NCBI GenBank assembly: GCA_964016885.1
Contig: OZ024747.1
Location: 46,872,001 to 46,936,000 of the forward strand
DNA length: 64,000 bases
DNA from: Eledone cirrhosa
Taxonomy: Eukaryota
Direction of reading: 5' to 3'
How positions within the stretch are numbered: position 1 is the first letter of the stretch; every line of letters begins with the position of its first letter. Below, one piece after another: positions 13,901 through 28,237 of the stretch. The notes below the pieces were generated by a model. That model was not told where the DNA came from, did not search any database, and saw only the letters and a program-made list of their open reading frames with translations. Made by a program: the position numbers and the translations under genes.

Positions 13901-14209
13901 TGGGACGCATCCAGTTGTCAGCCGAGTCCATCGTGAGGATCACCCCGCCGCCTTCATTTAAGAACGAAGGAGAGGCGGTTTTCCTCTGTTTGGTGGCTAT
14001 GGCGAAAGAGGTAATATGGTGGACGAGGTTAAAAGGACTGAGAGCAAACACCTTTCTCTCCAGGCAACAACTTATCCTCTTCTTTAAGTATCACTTCAGA
14101 AGGAAGGTGAGAGTGGAGAGTACTACACCCCAGTAAATTCTCTGAAAGGTGGGTGAATGTGGCAAAAATGGCGCGAGTGAATGGGCCTTCTCTGTATATA
14201 AACCTGTAG
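10929..14209 (+). pseudogene. LINE ORF2 (APE endonuclease + reverse transcriptase), disrupted
   Basis: MATIQAGCLNVRGL; SYLDR; SDH; GPGYWKLN; KSPGLNG; FRPITLLN; DQSKAFDKVDH; IRQRCPRS; GARLNPNKS; many stops; YADD motif deleted. Confidence 0.9.
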
Positions 14210-14493
14210 GTTGAGGAAGATAAACAGAGGGAAGACAGGAACACCTACAAAATGTGTTCCTGGTGTTGAGGGTTGTTCTATCCACGGGGTGTAAAACAAC
14301 CCTGCGGTAACGTTCCCCCCTATTGGGATTTCAATTGTTATTTTTTATATATAGTTTATTGTTATTTATTAATGTTAAAGTTATTTTTATGTAAAACTCC
14401 CGCCGTCAGGTCTTGTAATATCCCATTTTTGTACGCCCCTGTGACAAATAAAGAAACATATCTATCTATATATGTATATATATATATATATAT

Positions 14494-14571
14494 TCACGGT
14501 GTCCCCGCCAAAATGTAGTCACACTTCAACAGCATTCTAATCAAAATGTGTATACAATTTTTGGGGACACC

Positions 14572-14576
<5 letters not shown>
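14494..14576. mobile_element. ~80-bp Tc1/mariner-type MITE
   Basis: TIRs resembling CAGGGTGTCCCCAAAAAT; reverse-orientation homologue of 45163-45242. Confidence 0.75.
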
Positions 14577-14627
<51 letters not shown>

Positions 14628-14796
14628 TTATATATAAAATAAAGAAATAAATAAAAATGCAAATATGTGTGCATGTGTACGTGTGTACGTGTGTGGGTGT
14701 GTTTCAACATTAAGATATTCATCAATGCATCTTAAAGATATTTCCACTTATTCCGTAACGTATTCATAAATAAATATTATGTACATACATCAAGAA

Positions 14797-14937
<141 letters not shown>

Positions 14938-15257
14938 TATATGGATCTAGACAGAGTCATGAACATGTGTACATATGTCTATATATAAACTTTCAAACGA
15001 AGACACAGATATGTGCATATATATATATATATATATATACATATATGTATATATATGTGTATGTATGTATATAGGTGTGTGTGTGTGTGTGTGCATTGAG
15101 TAAGAGGGAGATATACAGAGGGATATATACAGAAATAGTTGTGTATATCCATTTCTCTTTATATCAATGCATATGTATATAACGTTAATCACAAAATTAT
15201 TGCATATGCATATAGATTAATCTCTATGTCCACACGATGATTAATACAAAGGCTTGC

Positions 15258-15312
<55 letters not shown>

Positions 15313-15314
15313 GG

Positions 15315-15381
<67 letters not shown>

Positions 15382-15483
15382 TTAAGTAGTCGTTTATTAA
15401 TCTTTATACATGATAAAAATATATTTCTGGTCATGTAAAATAGTGGCTGATTATATATATATATATGTGTGTGTGTATATGTG

Positions 15484-15514
<31 letters not shown>

Positions 15515-16023
15515 ATGTGTGTGTGTGTGTGTATACACATACATACATAAATACATAAATATATCTAATATATATATATATATGTATATATATATGAGTC
15601 TGTGTGTGTGTGTTGTCTAATCCCATTCTTGGTCCATCCTTTGACTTTCCTTAACAAACTCTTCATCTAATTGCATATTTCAGTTCAACACAGTTCGAGA
15701 CACAGTGGAGTCGGCAACTCATACAGACACTGATATATAAACTTATATAAACTGATATACGCGAACATAGACACAAACTTGCACCCAAACACACACACAT
15801 ACAGTGAAATATAAGGATAGATATACACGCATGTATTACAAAAATATAATAATGTTAGTGTTATAGTTGATGATGTCTTTGTTGTTGGAGTAAGGGAGTA
15901 GCAAAGTTGCTTATGTTGTTAATTTTTAATTGTTTTGATGGTTTACTTCATTTAGGTTTTATTGAGATTTCTCTTGTGGCCCTTCTTTCACTTTTATTTT
16001 TGTGTGTATGTGTGTACAAATCG

Positions 16024-16065
<42 letters not shown>

Positions 16066-16254
16066 GTAGATAAATCTACCAAGAGTTTACGGTAGTGTCC
16101 AATCCGTATGAAGAACTCAATGTATTCCGGATATCATGGAAAGAAGAGATGTAATGAAAATCCAATTTCGGTGAAAGATAAACGGTATACAGAGTCAAGA
16201 TAAAATATTAAACAAATAATGAACAAACAATTCCTTATATTAAACAAAAAAAAA

Positions 16255-16409
16255 TTCACTATTTAACGATCGTTTCTAGGGTATATATGTGTTATAATTG
16301 GTATGCATATTTAACAGATCTATGTACAAAATTATACAAAATTATACAAATTATCAAGATTAAATATACATACCTAACTCATATATACGCCGTCTTCAGA
16401 AATAATGAA
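16255..16409 (-). ncRNA. Type I hammerhead with long stem II (PLE sense copy)
   Basis: Reverse complement of 21894-22048. Confidence 0.8.
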
Positions 16410-17325
16410 GTATATTTATTGATAATAACAACAATTCAAAATATCAGTTCAAAATTGACCAATGAAAACACAAAGGGTTAAAAGCAGTTTGGTATGTGTA
16501 TATACATGTAAAAACCTTACACATATTTTACAATAATGTGTGTATAATTTGTATGTGCATACTAAAAAGATGGATGTAAACACAAAATTTCAAGGTTAAT
16601 ATCTCTGTAAGCTTAATGCGCTGATAAGATACGCAATGATACTTATGGAGTCAAGCATATAAATATATTTTTTTCATACTCACACATATCAGTATAATCA
16701 CACATACATGTGCGTATATGTATAAATATACACATAACCACGAACATACAAACACACACACTCCCCCACTTACATTTATATATGTGGATATAAAATCATA
16801 AGCAAATAGAAATTAAGTCACTCACATAAAAACACTGGTACACACATTTCAAGATCAAGATACAGAAATTAGGTGGGAGGGGGGGGAGGGGTCAGTATTA
16901 GATTGTCAGACCAGACAGCCTAATATAAATGTATCTATAAATTAAGAAAAATAAAAAAATAAAAACAATAAAATATAATACATATAATATAATGTACATA
17001 CACATACAGATATACATACACATACATACATGTACGCGCACATAGAGATATCTACACATACATACATACACACATACCTATACTGTCATACACACACATA
17101 CATTTACACGAACATACACATACACATATAAAAAGATATAAATACACACACACTCACGCGCAACACATACACACATACACATATATATATATATATATAT
17201 ATAAATATATACATATATATACACACACACATAGACTCATATATATATACATACATATACATACACATATACAAACATATATATCCCCACACTCATACCA
17301 CCATAAAAACACATATAAACACCCA

Positions 17326-17356
<31 letters not shown>

Positions 17357-17567
17357 CCACATACACACACGTACACATATATGTATATATACATACACAC
17401 ATACACACATACACATATATATATACACACACACATAAAATACAGACATGCACATATATATATATATATATATATTTCATTACTCTTATATATACACATA
17501 GTATATATACATACACAACCTCACTTATACACATATACACATAAGTTATATTACAATAATAATAAAG

Positions 17568-17620
<53 letters not shown>

Positions 17621-17741
17621 TATACATATATATATATATATACACATACATACATACACATACATACATACACCTAAATATATACATATATAAATACACA
17701 CATACGAATAAAGACATATATACACACATAGACACCTATAT

Positions 17742-17773
<32 letters not shown>

Positions 17774-19593
17774 CTATATACACACACATACACATATATA
17801 CACATATATATATATACACATACACACACACACACACATACAGACACACATACACACTCACATATATATATATATATATGTGTATGTGAGTGTGCGCAAA
17901 TACATACATATATACACACACACATACAAACACACACAAACACATACATATGCATACGTGCACACACACACACATATATATCACATAGATACGAAGATAA
18001 ACATATAAATAGAGAGACATACAAATATATACAGAACCCATATACACATACATACAAACACGCATATACATATATATACATATATACACATATATATGTA
18101 TTCCTATATACAAGCATACACATACATACACATATATACATATACACACACATATACATACCACACATTCACATACACATACATATATAATACATATATA
18201 TACATATATATACATACATATGTATGTACAATCATATATACACACTCAATCTTACATTCATATTTACATGCTCATATATGTATTTTTATATTTAGAAATA
18301 AATACCAAAACCTATATAGACACCCATCTACACATATATTCATACATATACGCTTACAAAAACAGATGATAATAGTATGGGGGAAAGGGGGGGTTTGGAG
18401 AAGGGGATCAAAGTAAATATATGTTTCAAGAAACATATAATATTTTCTGTATCTTAATTCAATGTATGTTCTTACATAATTTCAGTGCTAGGAAATACGA
18501 AATCTATGCATCCCAAAATAAAAAAGTATACCATTAATCATATGTTAACTAAACCAAAGATAGTCAACATATTGATTTCCAAGGTGTAAATTAGTTAGGT
18601 TTATAATATTTGAAGCAGAATTATGAAGTCAAACAGTAGTAGATTATTAATTACATTATAACTAAATTAAAGTTAATAACGTTATGGTATCAATATTAGG
18701 AGATGAATTTAGTAATAGGGAAAAGAAACCCAAATAAAAATAAAATAAAGTATTACATCGGTAGTAGCATATAAATTATATGTTAACTAAATTAAAAATT
18801 ATATATTTATTTCAATAGTATACGTTAATTAGTATATGTTAATTAGGTATACAATACATAAAGCAGATATTGTATTTCATCAATAGCATAATATAATTAT
18901 ATGCAAATAAAAATCAAAATTAATACGCATACATATACATATACATACACATACACATATATATACACATACACACATATATATATATATAAATACATAT
19001 ATATACACATACATACATATATAGTCACATAAATATACATACAGATACACATACAACACACACATATACATATACATATAGATATACATATCTTTTTCAA
19101 AAAATTGCACAGAATATATTAACTAGGTATATATCCAAAACACCTCCCATTCTATGATTACATGACATTCTGCAATTCGTCTGTACAAGGATACTAATTT
19201 TAAGCAAATTAAAATTAAAGTTTTAGGTTGATTAAAACTAAAACCAAATAATAAATATATTTCCAAAATGTATATTAATTAGGTCTATAATACTAAAAAT
19301 TCTTTCTCCGTCATAGGATACATGATATTATTTTGTTATATTTTATCTGTAAAAGAATTATAATAAAAAAAATTATAATAAAAGGTTAAACTAAATTAAA
19401 AAATTATAATAAAAGGTTAAAATAAATTAAAATTAATCTATAAATTAAATTACTGAGTATATATTAGTAATATTTAAAGGTTTTTCAAAATTTATGATTA
19501 CATAATATTTTCTCATCTGTAATAAAATATTAATTAAATTAAATTTATAGGTTAACTAACATTTAAATTAAATTAAATTCTAGAATAATGTTA

Positions 19594-20070
19594 TTAATTA
19601 GGTTTATAATATTTAAATGTTTTTTTTAGTTTATGATTACACGATATAATTAATTCCTGTCTTTTATTTAATAAGATATCCCTAGACTTCATTATTTCAA
19701 ATAGTTCTTGGGAACATAATCTACATTCCTTTCTATTATTTTGATAAGGGGTGGCTCTTTTGAGCACACTCCAGGTCAAATCATATTTTATATTTTTATT
19801 TTTATAACTATTGATTTTTTCTGCTAGAGATGTTGTATTAGCCAGTGCGGCATTTTTAAAGCTATGTTTGTGGGTATTATACCTTGTCTTAAAATTGTTA
19901 GAGGTAGCTCCTATATATGAGCAAATAGAATCTTTAGTTTTAACATTACATTTATAGACTATGTTGTTAACAAGACAATTCCCTTTTAATGGGCAGTTTG
20001 TTTTGTTTCTACAGTTACATCCTTTCGTTAATTCTGTATTTGAGGAGATATTATTGTTAATTTGATGTAC
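19594..20070 (-). pseudogene. PLE GIY-YIG endonuclease (Naiad-like), C-terminal part
   Basis: GCNCRNKTNCPLKGNCLVNNIVYKC...SYIGATSNNFKTRYNTHKHSF...ECRLCSQE...LLNKRQELIISCNH. Confidence 0.85.
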
Positions 20071-20679
20071 TGGTGGTATACTTATGGTTTTCTTACATTT
20101 ATATGCATTATATGCACTTATATGTATATGTGAATGTGTGGTATGTATATGTGTGTGTATATGTATATATGTGTATGTATGTGTATGCTTGTATATAGGA
20201 ATACATATATATGTGTATATATGTATATATATGTATATGCGTGTTTGTATGTATGTGTATATGGGTTCTGTATATATTTGTATGTCTCTCTATTTATATG
20301 TTTATCTTCGTATCTATGTGATATATATGTGTGTGTGTGTGCACGTATGCATATGTATGTGTTTGTGTGTGTTTGTATGTGTGTGTGTATATATGTATGT
20401 ATTTGCGCACACTCACATACACATATATATATATATATATGTGAGTGTGTATGTGTGTCTGTATGTGTGTGTGTGTGTGTATGTGTATATATATATATGT
20501 GTATATATGTGTATGTGTGTGTATATAGATATATATATATATATATATATATATGTGTATATAGGTGTCTATGTGTGAATATATGTCTTTATTCGTATGT
20601 GTGTATTTATATATGTATATATTTAGGTGTATGTATGTATGTGTATGTATGTATGTGTATATATATATATATATGTATA

Positions 20680-20732
<53 letters not shown>

Positions 20733-20945
20733 CTTTATTATTATTGTAATATAACTTATGTGTATATGTGTATAAGTGAGGTTGTGTATGTATATATACT
20801 ATGTGTATATATAAGAGTAATGAAATATATATATATATATATATATGTGCATGTCTGTATTTTATGTGTGTGTGTATATATATATATGTGTATGTGTGTA
20901 TGTGTGTATGTATATATACATATATGTGTACGTGTGTGTATGTGG

Positions 20946-20976
<31 letters not shown>

Positions 20977-21893
20977 TGGGTGTTTATATGTGTTTTTATG
21001 GTGGTATGAGTGTGGGGATATATATGTTTGTATATGTGTATGTATATGTATGTATATATATATGAGTCTATGTGTGTGTGTATATATATGTATATATTTA
21101 TATATATATATATATATATATGTGTATGTGTGTATGTGTTGCGCGTGAGTGTGTGTGTATTTATATCTTTTTATATGTGTATGTGTATGTTCGTGTAAAT
21201 GTATGTGTGTGTATGACAGTATAGGTATGTGTGTATGTATGTATGTGTAGATATCTCTATGTGCGCGTACATGTATGTATGTGTATGTATATCTGTATGT
21301 GTATGTACATTATATTATATGTATTATATTTTATTGTTTTTATTTTTTTATTTTTCTTAATTTATAGATACATTTATATTAGGCTGTCTGGTCTGACAAT
21401 CTAATACTGACCCCTCCCCCCCCCTCCCACCTAATTTCTGTATCTTGATCTTGAAATGTGTGTACCAGTGTTTTTATGTGAGTGACTTAATTTCTATTTG
21501 CTTATGATTTTATATCCACATATATAAATGTAAGTGGGGGAGTGTGTGTGTTTGTATGTTCGTGGTTATGTGTATATTTATACATATACGCACATGTATG
21601 TGTGATTATACTGATATGTGTGAGTATGAAAAAAATATATTTATATGCTTGACTCCATAAGTATCATTGCGTATCTTATCAGCGCATTAAGCTTACAGAG
21701 ATATTAACCTTGAAATTTTGTGTTTACATCCATCTTTTTAGTATGCACATACAAATTATACACACATTATTGTAAAATATGTGTAAGGTTTTTACATGTA
21801 TATACACATACCAAACTGCTTTTAACCCTTTGTGTTTTCATTGGTCAATTTTGAACTGATATTTTGAATTGTTGTTATTATCAATAAATATAC

Positions 21894-22048
21894 TTCATTA
21901 TTTCTGAAGACGGCGTATATATGAGTTAGGTATGTATATTTAATCTTGATAATTTGTATAATTTTGTATAATTTTGTACATAGATCTGTTAAATATGCAT
22001 ACCAATTATAACACATATATACCCTAGAAACGATCGTTAAATAGTGAA
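21894..22048 (+). ncRNA. Type I hammerhead with ~116-nt stem II
   Basis: TTCATTATTT-CTGAAGA-[long hairpin]-GAAA-CGATCG-TT-AAATAGTGAA; 10-bp stem I, GUU site. Confidence 0.8.
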
Positions 22049-22100
22049 TTTTTTTTTGTTTAATATAAGGAATTGTTTGTTCATTATTTGTTTAATATTT

Positions 22101-22152
<52 letters not shown>

Positions 22153-22259
22153 GTTCTTTTGTTATTATGTACCCACGGCGTATCTTGGCTACATAAAATC
22201 TATTGTTGTCTAACCAACGACGGATGTTTATATATATGTCCTGTAGATGGTCAGCCAAC

Positions 22260-22298
<39 letters not shown>

Positions 22299-22636
22299 AT
22301 ATGAATATAAATAGACAAGGGTTAAAATGTCCTCTTCAGTAGTCTTCTGATTTATCGTTGGTATTTCGACGCATTAAAGACTTTATACCTAAAGTCAGAG
22401 CGAGCGATAACTCAATTAAGTTATCGGGACAGTGGGAAAACGGAGGGAAGAAAACAAACACATGGTGATATGCAACAAAAAGAGAGGAAAAATAGAGACA
22501 AGTCAATGAATCACGTGGGCATAAGCCCGACATATCAAATTAACGAGGAGCAATAGACACGTCCGAGCTGCGAGAAGATTGAGAGAGGGAACAAATTCAA
22601 GCTGGTCAGACGGGAGGAAGTAAGAGGGGGGGGGGG

Positions 22637-22822
22637 ATAGGAAAATGTTTGACCCCGACGGCAGAGCTCAAACCGTTTCGACGACTATTTCTGGGTCCAG
22701 AAATAGCCGAAACGGCTTGAGCTCAGCCATCGGTGTCAAACATTTTCCTATTTCCCACTCTACTACCCTAAGTACTCTGGTGCGTTATGGTCCATCTGGT
22801 TCCTTACCACACTTCCTTCGTT
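22637..22822 (+). mobile_element. Fold-back family A element
   Basis: Palindrome centred near 22695 in the stem II region; same 3' end TTCCTTCGTT+ATAT. Confidence 0.8.
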
Positions 22823-22871
22823 ATATAAGCATTAGCTTTCGCCGTATTTTTTTACTAAAGAAATTTTAGCA

Positions 22872-23172
22872 TGATAGTGGGGTTTAAAACCCTCTGTGAA
22901 ATGGAAAAAGATGAGTATTGACGTACATGGAAGTCAACCCACATCTTTGGTTATCCAGACCTCTGTGCTACCATTACACCAACATATCACCCATCTTCTT
23001 CCATTCAAATTAGAAGTTATATTCTTAGCAAGTATAATGACAAATAAGTATGGTTTGAAACAGTGAGCGAGTTTGAAATCGGAAATAGTGCTTTCACCTG
23101 ATAGCGGGGTTAGAACCCTCTAAGAAATGGAAAAACATGAGTATTGACGTACATGGAAGTCGAACCCACATC

Positions 23173-23173
<1 letters not shown>
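22872..23173 (-). repeat. Partial tandem repeat (~227-bp period) with tRNA-like A/B boxes
   Basis: 22872-22946 repeats at 23099-23173; minus strand TGGTGTAATGGTAGCAC ... GGGTT(C)GACTTCC. Confidence 0.6.
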
Positions 23174-23206
<33 letters not shown>

Positions 23207-23350
23207 ATAATAATAAATATATATATATATAGTAATAATAATAAATTTGAAGACTAAAATCCAAAGAGGGCTCGGTAAGAATAAATATATATCAAATACA
23301 TAAGAACCGCAGAGCAAATATTTATTAAATATTTATTTATTTATCTGTTA

Positions 23351-23401
<51 letters not shown>

Positions 23402-24213
23402 TGAGAGTGGGAGTGAGAGAAATAGATAGATAAGGAGAATCCATTGAACGGCGGCTCTCCTAGCTCTGAGTTCAAATTCGACTGAGGTCAACTTTACCTT
23501 TCATCTTTTCAAATCGATAAAAAAATGTAACAGCCTAGTTATATACTTATTCCAACTTCCTCTACAACACTCTTTCTTTCTCTGGGAGACATTGGCTCTG
23601 TTCATATCTGAAGAGGAGGTCAGGTTTAAAAAGAAAATACCCAGGAAATGTCGTATATATTTTTTTAAAATCAATTGTCAACCAAAGAAGGTACTTCAAA
23701 TTATTTTATTAATGTTTACGCGCGTTTCGCCTTCAATATTACCAGGAAGCACTAAATCATCATCATGGTATTAACTCAGTATTTGGATGATACATGTCCC
23801 AAATAAATACAAATATCCATAATCAACAAGGTAAACAAATTGAAAAGGTTTTTTGAAGCGATTAAAAAAAAAAACCCAAGGTTATTTTATCTCCAGAGAC
23901 GCACGTGCAAAGCAGTAAATTGTTTGTGCAAAACAGCCTTGATGTTTTCATCAACAGGCGATTAGTTATACACGAAGGCAGATTTAAAATATAGTTTATA
24001 TTTGAGAGAAATAAATGCATTGCTTATTTATAACAATATTCATTTACCAGAGAGAAAGTGTTTTAAAAATATAATTTTAACAGACAAACGGTGTAACGTA
24101 AACATTATTCAAAGCGGTGTTTAATTAGAATACATTGTCTATGAAAATATATCCAAAACATACCACCGTACCAGGTAATAAAATTGAGCCACAAATATGT
24201 ATATTTACTAAAA

Positions 24214-24259
24214 TTGTCTTGTTACTCTGGAGTTTCGCCCGAATCTTCAGAATGACAAG
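24214..24259 (-). ncRNA. Degenerate hammerhead (collapsed stem II)
   Basis: Reverse complement TTGTCATT-CTGAAGA-TTCGGGC-GAAA-CTC ca GAG-TA-ACAAGACAA. Confidence 0.5.
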
Positions 24260-24371
24260 GCGCACATTTTAGCCTTAATAAAAATGAATATTAAATCTCT
24301 ACGTCGGTATTGAGTACTCCTTTCTGTCAGCCAGCAACCAAATAGTGATATATATATATATATATATGTTA

Positions 24372-24602
24372 GATACCGACGGCAGAGCTCAAGCCGTTTC
24401 GACGGCTATTTCTGGACTAAATTACAATTTTTAGCGTGGTAAAAAAAAAAAAAATTCTAATTTAGTCCAGAAATAGCCGTCGAAACTGCTTGAGCTCTGC
24501 CGTCGGGGTCTAACATTCTTCCTATTACCCACTCTACTACCCTAAGTATTGAGTACTCTGGTGCGTTATGGTCCATCTGGTTCCTTACCACACCTCCTTC
24601 GT

Positions 24603-24603
<1 letters not shown>
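24372..24603 (+). mobile_element. Fold-back family A element
   Basis: Palindrome centred near 24440; flanked by (TA)n. Confidence 0.8.
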
Positions 24604-24641
<38 letters not shown>

Positions 24642-24687
24642 ATGTCTGTGCGCGTGTGTGTATGCATATATTTGTAGAGATATATAC

Positions 24688-24754
<67 letters not shown>

Positions 24755-24848
24755 AAAAACATTCACACACACATATAAAAATATATACCTGTTTATATAC
24801 ATGCATGTCTACACGTGTGTGTATGCATATTTTTGTAGATATATATAC

Positions 24849-24920
<72 letters not shown>

Positions 24921-25315
24921 CATTCACACACACATATAAAAATATATACCTGTTTATATACATGCATGTCTACATGTGTGTATGTTTATGTATGTTATAG
25001 TGTTAAAGCATCTGTTTGTCCACGAAGTGTGACGCTGTACTTACGTGTGCGCATCAAAGCTGAGAGATTTAATGTCAATATGGCGGAAAAGAACTGGAGA
25101 GCTAACAAAATCCAAAGAGATATGTGCATGGTTACACATGCTGATTACATGCACCGAATACACATACTGTTGTTTTTGTTATTATTGGTTATTGGTTCTG
25201 TTGATGAATAATTAAATATGAAGACAGAACCGTACCTAACTACGTTACAACACCCTCATACACACACACACACACACATACAGTTACATGCATACATACA
25301 TAAACACACACACAT

Positions 25316-25377
<62 letters not shown>

Positions 25378-25378
25378 G

Positions 25379-25439
<61 letters not shown>

Positions 25440-25513
25440 TTATTATATATGTACAAATATATTTTATATATATATATACATATATATAATATATATACAT
25501 ATATATAATATAT

Positions 25514-25585
<72 letters not shown>

Positions 25586-25668
25586 TTGAATTATAGAGCC
25601 CTCTGCCGCTCATCTCGAATTTTGTTTATCGTTAACTCGTGCGCCGATTTTTCGATACTCGATTATTC

Positions 25669-25766
<98 letters not shown>

Positions 25767-25885
25767 ATGTGTGTGTGTGTGTATATATATGTGTGTATAT
25801 ATATATATATATGTGTGTGTGTATATATGTGTGTATATATATATATATATTTGTGTGTGTGTGTATATATGTGTGTATATATATA

Positions 25886-25946
<61 letters not shown>

Positions 25947-26939
25947 GTGTGTGTATGCAATAACTGCGTACTGTACTATTAACAGTTTAAAGGTGAGCCT
26001 TTGTACATATACATTTGATTTCATTTTTTGTTTCAATATAGTTTCTTTTACTTTTTCATAATGTTTTAAATTTTTTTTTTAGTTTTCTTTCTTTTTTTTT
26101 TTCTTATTTCTTTTTTTTTTTTAATTTCTTTGTAATATTTCCAGAAAATAACATCGTTTTCTTGTATAGTTTTATGCTTGTTTCTACGATATTTTAATGT
26201 ATTCCGTTTTCCTTGTAAACAGGAATGATATGGTATACAGCTTAGGCTGTCGAAAGCCATAACTTTATATATTCGATTACTGTAGACGCCTTATTTTTCT
26301 ATGTTATACTCTTTTTCATACACGTTTTTGTCTTTATCCTCTGTCAATTATTTCCATTGCCGAAAGGTATATATTTGTTATTTAGCTTCCTTTTTATATT
26401 TATTTTATATGCTGAAACTTCAAATTGTTCTTCTCCTTTATTCTCCTTCTGCGAATTACTGACACACCGGTCTGTTATTGGATAGTTTAAGTAACATATA
26501 AGTCCCCCACCCCCTCCCTTTTTATTTACTTTGAGAAGCCCATGATAGCCTCGCACGGCCGTTTCCATTTCTGGTGACAGAGACGCCGTGCGGTCTCCAG
26601 CGATGCTTCTTACCGTCCAAGATATATTATTCCCAGTGAGAGAGAAGCGTAGAGAATGTTGGGGAAAGAGATGTGAGGGAGGGGGGGGACGAGAGAGAGA
26701 AGACGAGGCAGAGGGTAAGGGATAGGGAGAGGGGCAAAGGAGAGAGAGAGAATGAGGGAGAAAGGGTGGGGATATATATGTAGAGAGAGAGGGGGGAGAG
26801 ATAGAGATAGAGGGAATTGGCACCGGTACCTGCAATGAAAGACAAAGTTGTCCATAGTAGGATTTGATATCAGAGCGCCGAGAAGGAACAAAAATGTCAA
26901 GGCACATTCTAACAACAACAAAAACAACAAATACAACAA

Positions 26940-27154
26940 TAATGATTTCTAGTATAGGCACAAGGCCAGTAATTGGGGGGGGGGATAGTAAGTCGATTAA
27001 ATCGACCCCAGTACGTTAATGGTGCTTTATTTTATCGACCCCCGTAAGGATGAAAGGCAAAGTTAGCCACGCTAGGATTTAAACTCAGACCGTAAAAACT
27101 CTATGCTGCTAAGCATGGCGTCCGACCCTCTACCGATACTGCCAATCTACCGCC
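26940..27154 (-). mobile_element. tRNA-derived SINE, long subfamily
   Basis: Homologous to 711-930. Confidence 0.85.
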
Positions 27155-28237
27155 ATAATAATAATAATTTCCTTTTGGGCCACAAGGACCTACATATACA
27201 ATAGACTGAGATAGTGGGAGTTTACAAAAATTTACAAAACTAATTAGCAATAAAATTAAAATAATAAAATTCCCAAATAGGGGCAAGGGGATTAACCACA
27301 CAAGGGTAATTCAGGTACATCACCAATCTTGAATCACCCAACGTTTCGAGAGGACCCAGGAAGTGCACCCCCTCTCCCCTCTCATATTAAATAGACTACA
27401 GGTGCATGCTCAGAGTAGGCGCATTCACACGGGCCATTCTCGCCACTTTAATCCATCTTTTAGCAAATGTACTGGGGGGGGGGGGTACCACTTCTCTCTC
27501 CATCCTCACTTTCCTTTCCAAGTGAATCTTTAAAACTTTGACGAGGGATTGGCCTGAAGAGAAAAGTGTCTGACTTCAGTCCTTTCTACCTGGTTCACCA
27601 CACAACCTCTTTTACTACCGCCACCAGACAGAGGAAAACTGCCTGCCCATACCGGCGAAAGGAAGGCGGTGGAGCGATCTTCCCAATGGACTCGGCTGAT
27701 AGCCGGATCCGTCCTACATGCGATAGCAGCTGTTCACATAATTCCACAAATCAGTAATACACGGACACTAGACGAGTGCGTGCAGAACACTTTCGTCGCT
27801 CTACGTGCATCTCGAGCAGGTCAGTCCGACAGCACTTCCATGCCTGTAGAGTATATATGGAACCTGCAGTGTCCCCCAGTAGCATTGCCAAGCGAGGGAT
27901 TTCTGGAAGTTATCCATGGTTCTCGGTTCAAAGGTCCTCCGGAATAGACTGGTCAATTCCAATTTGTCTACGTCTAGAGCCTCTCCGAGTGCATCGTTGA
28001 ACTTGGTCACCACTAATCCTCTATAGATCTCGAGAGTGGAATTTCAACTGATCGCATTTCCCGCCTGGTAAAAGGCAGTAAGGGCCTGGCAACATTCCAG
28101 ATGCCAGGCGCCCAGTAACGGTTTCTTCTTGACCCAGGACTGCAGCTCAGTCAAAGAGACGAGCTGCGGAATGGCCTGTCTTACAAACGACGACCACACC
28201 TGTCCACTGTTTAAGAATATCTGAAGATGCTGTAGGC
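27155..28237 (-). mobile_element. 5'-truncated Tx1-clade LINE (second family) with (ATT)n end
   Basis: Reverse complement aligns with 13380-14200 (e.g. CAGCTCGTCTC..TGACTGAGCTGCAGTCCTGGGTCAAG); different 3' UTR. Confidence 0.85.

Larger units (their letters stand above)
8802..14457 (+). mobile_element. Near-full-length Tx1/L1-clade LINE, inactivated
   Basis: 5' UTR, ORF1 with CCHC knuckle, ORF2 with APE endonuclease, RT and C-terminal Cys motif, T-rich 3' UTR ending AATAAAGAAAC; 5' boundary inferred. Confidence 0.9.
16066..22105 (-). mobile_element. 5'-truncated Penelope-like element with ~2-kb inverted terminal duplication
   Basis: GIY-YIG remnant at 19594-20070, long 3' region, hammerhead near the 3' end; 16200-18178 is inverted at 20122-22102; (TA)n on both sides. 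Confidence 0.85.
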
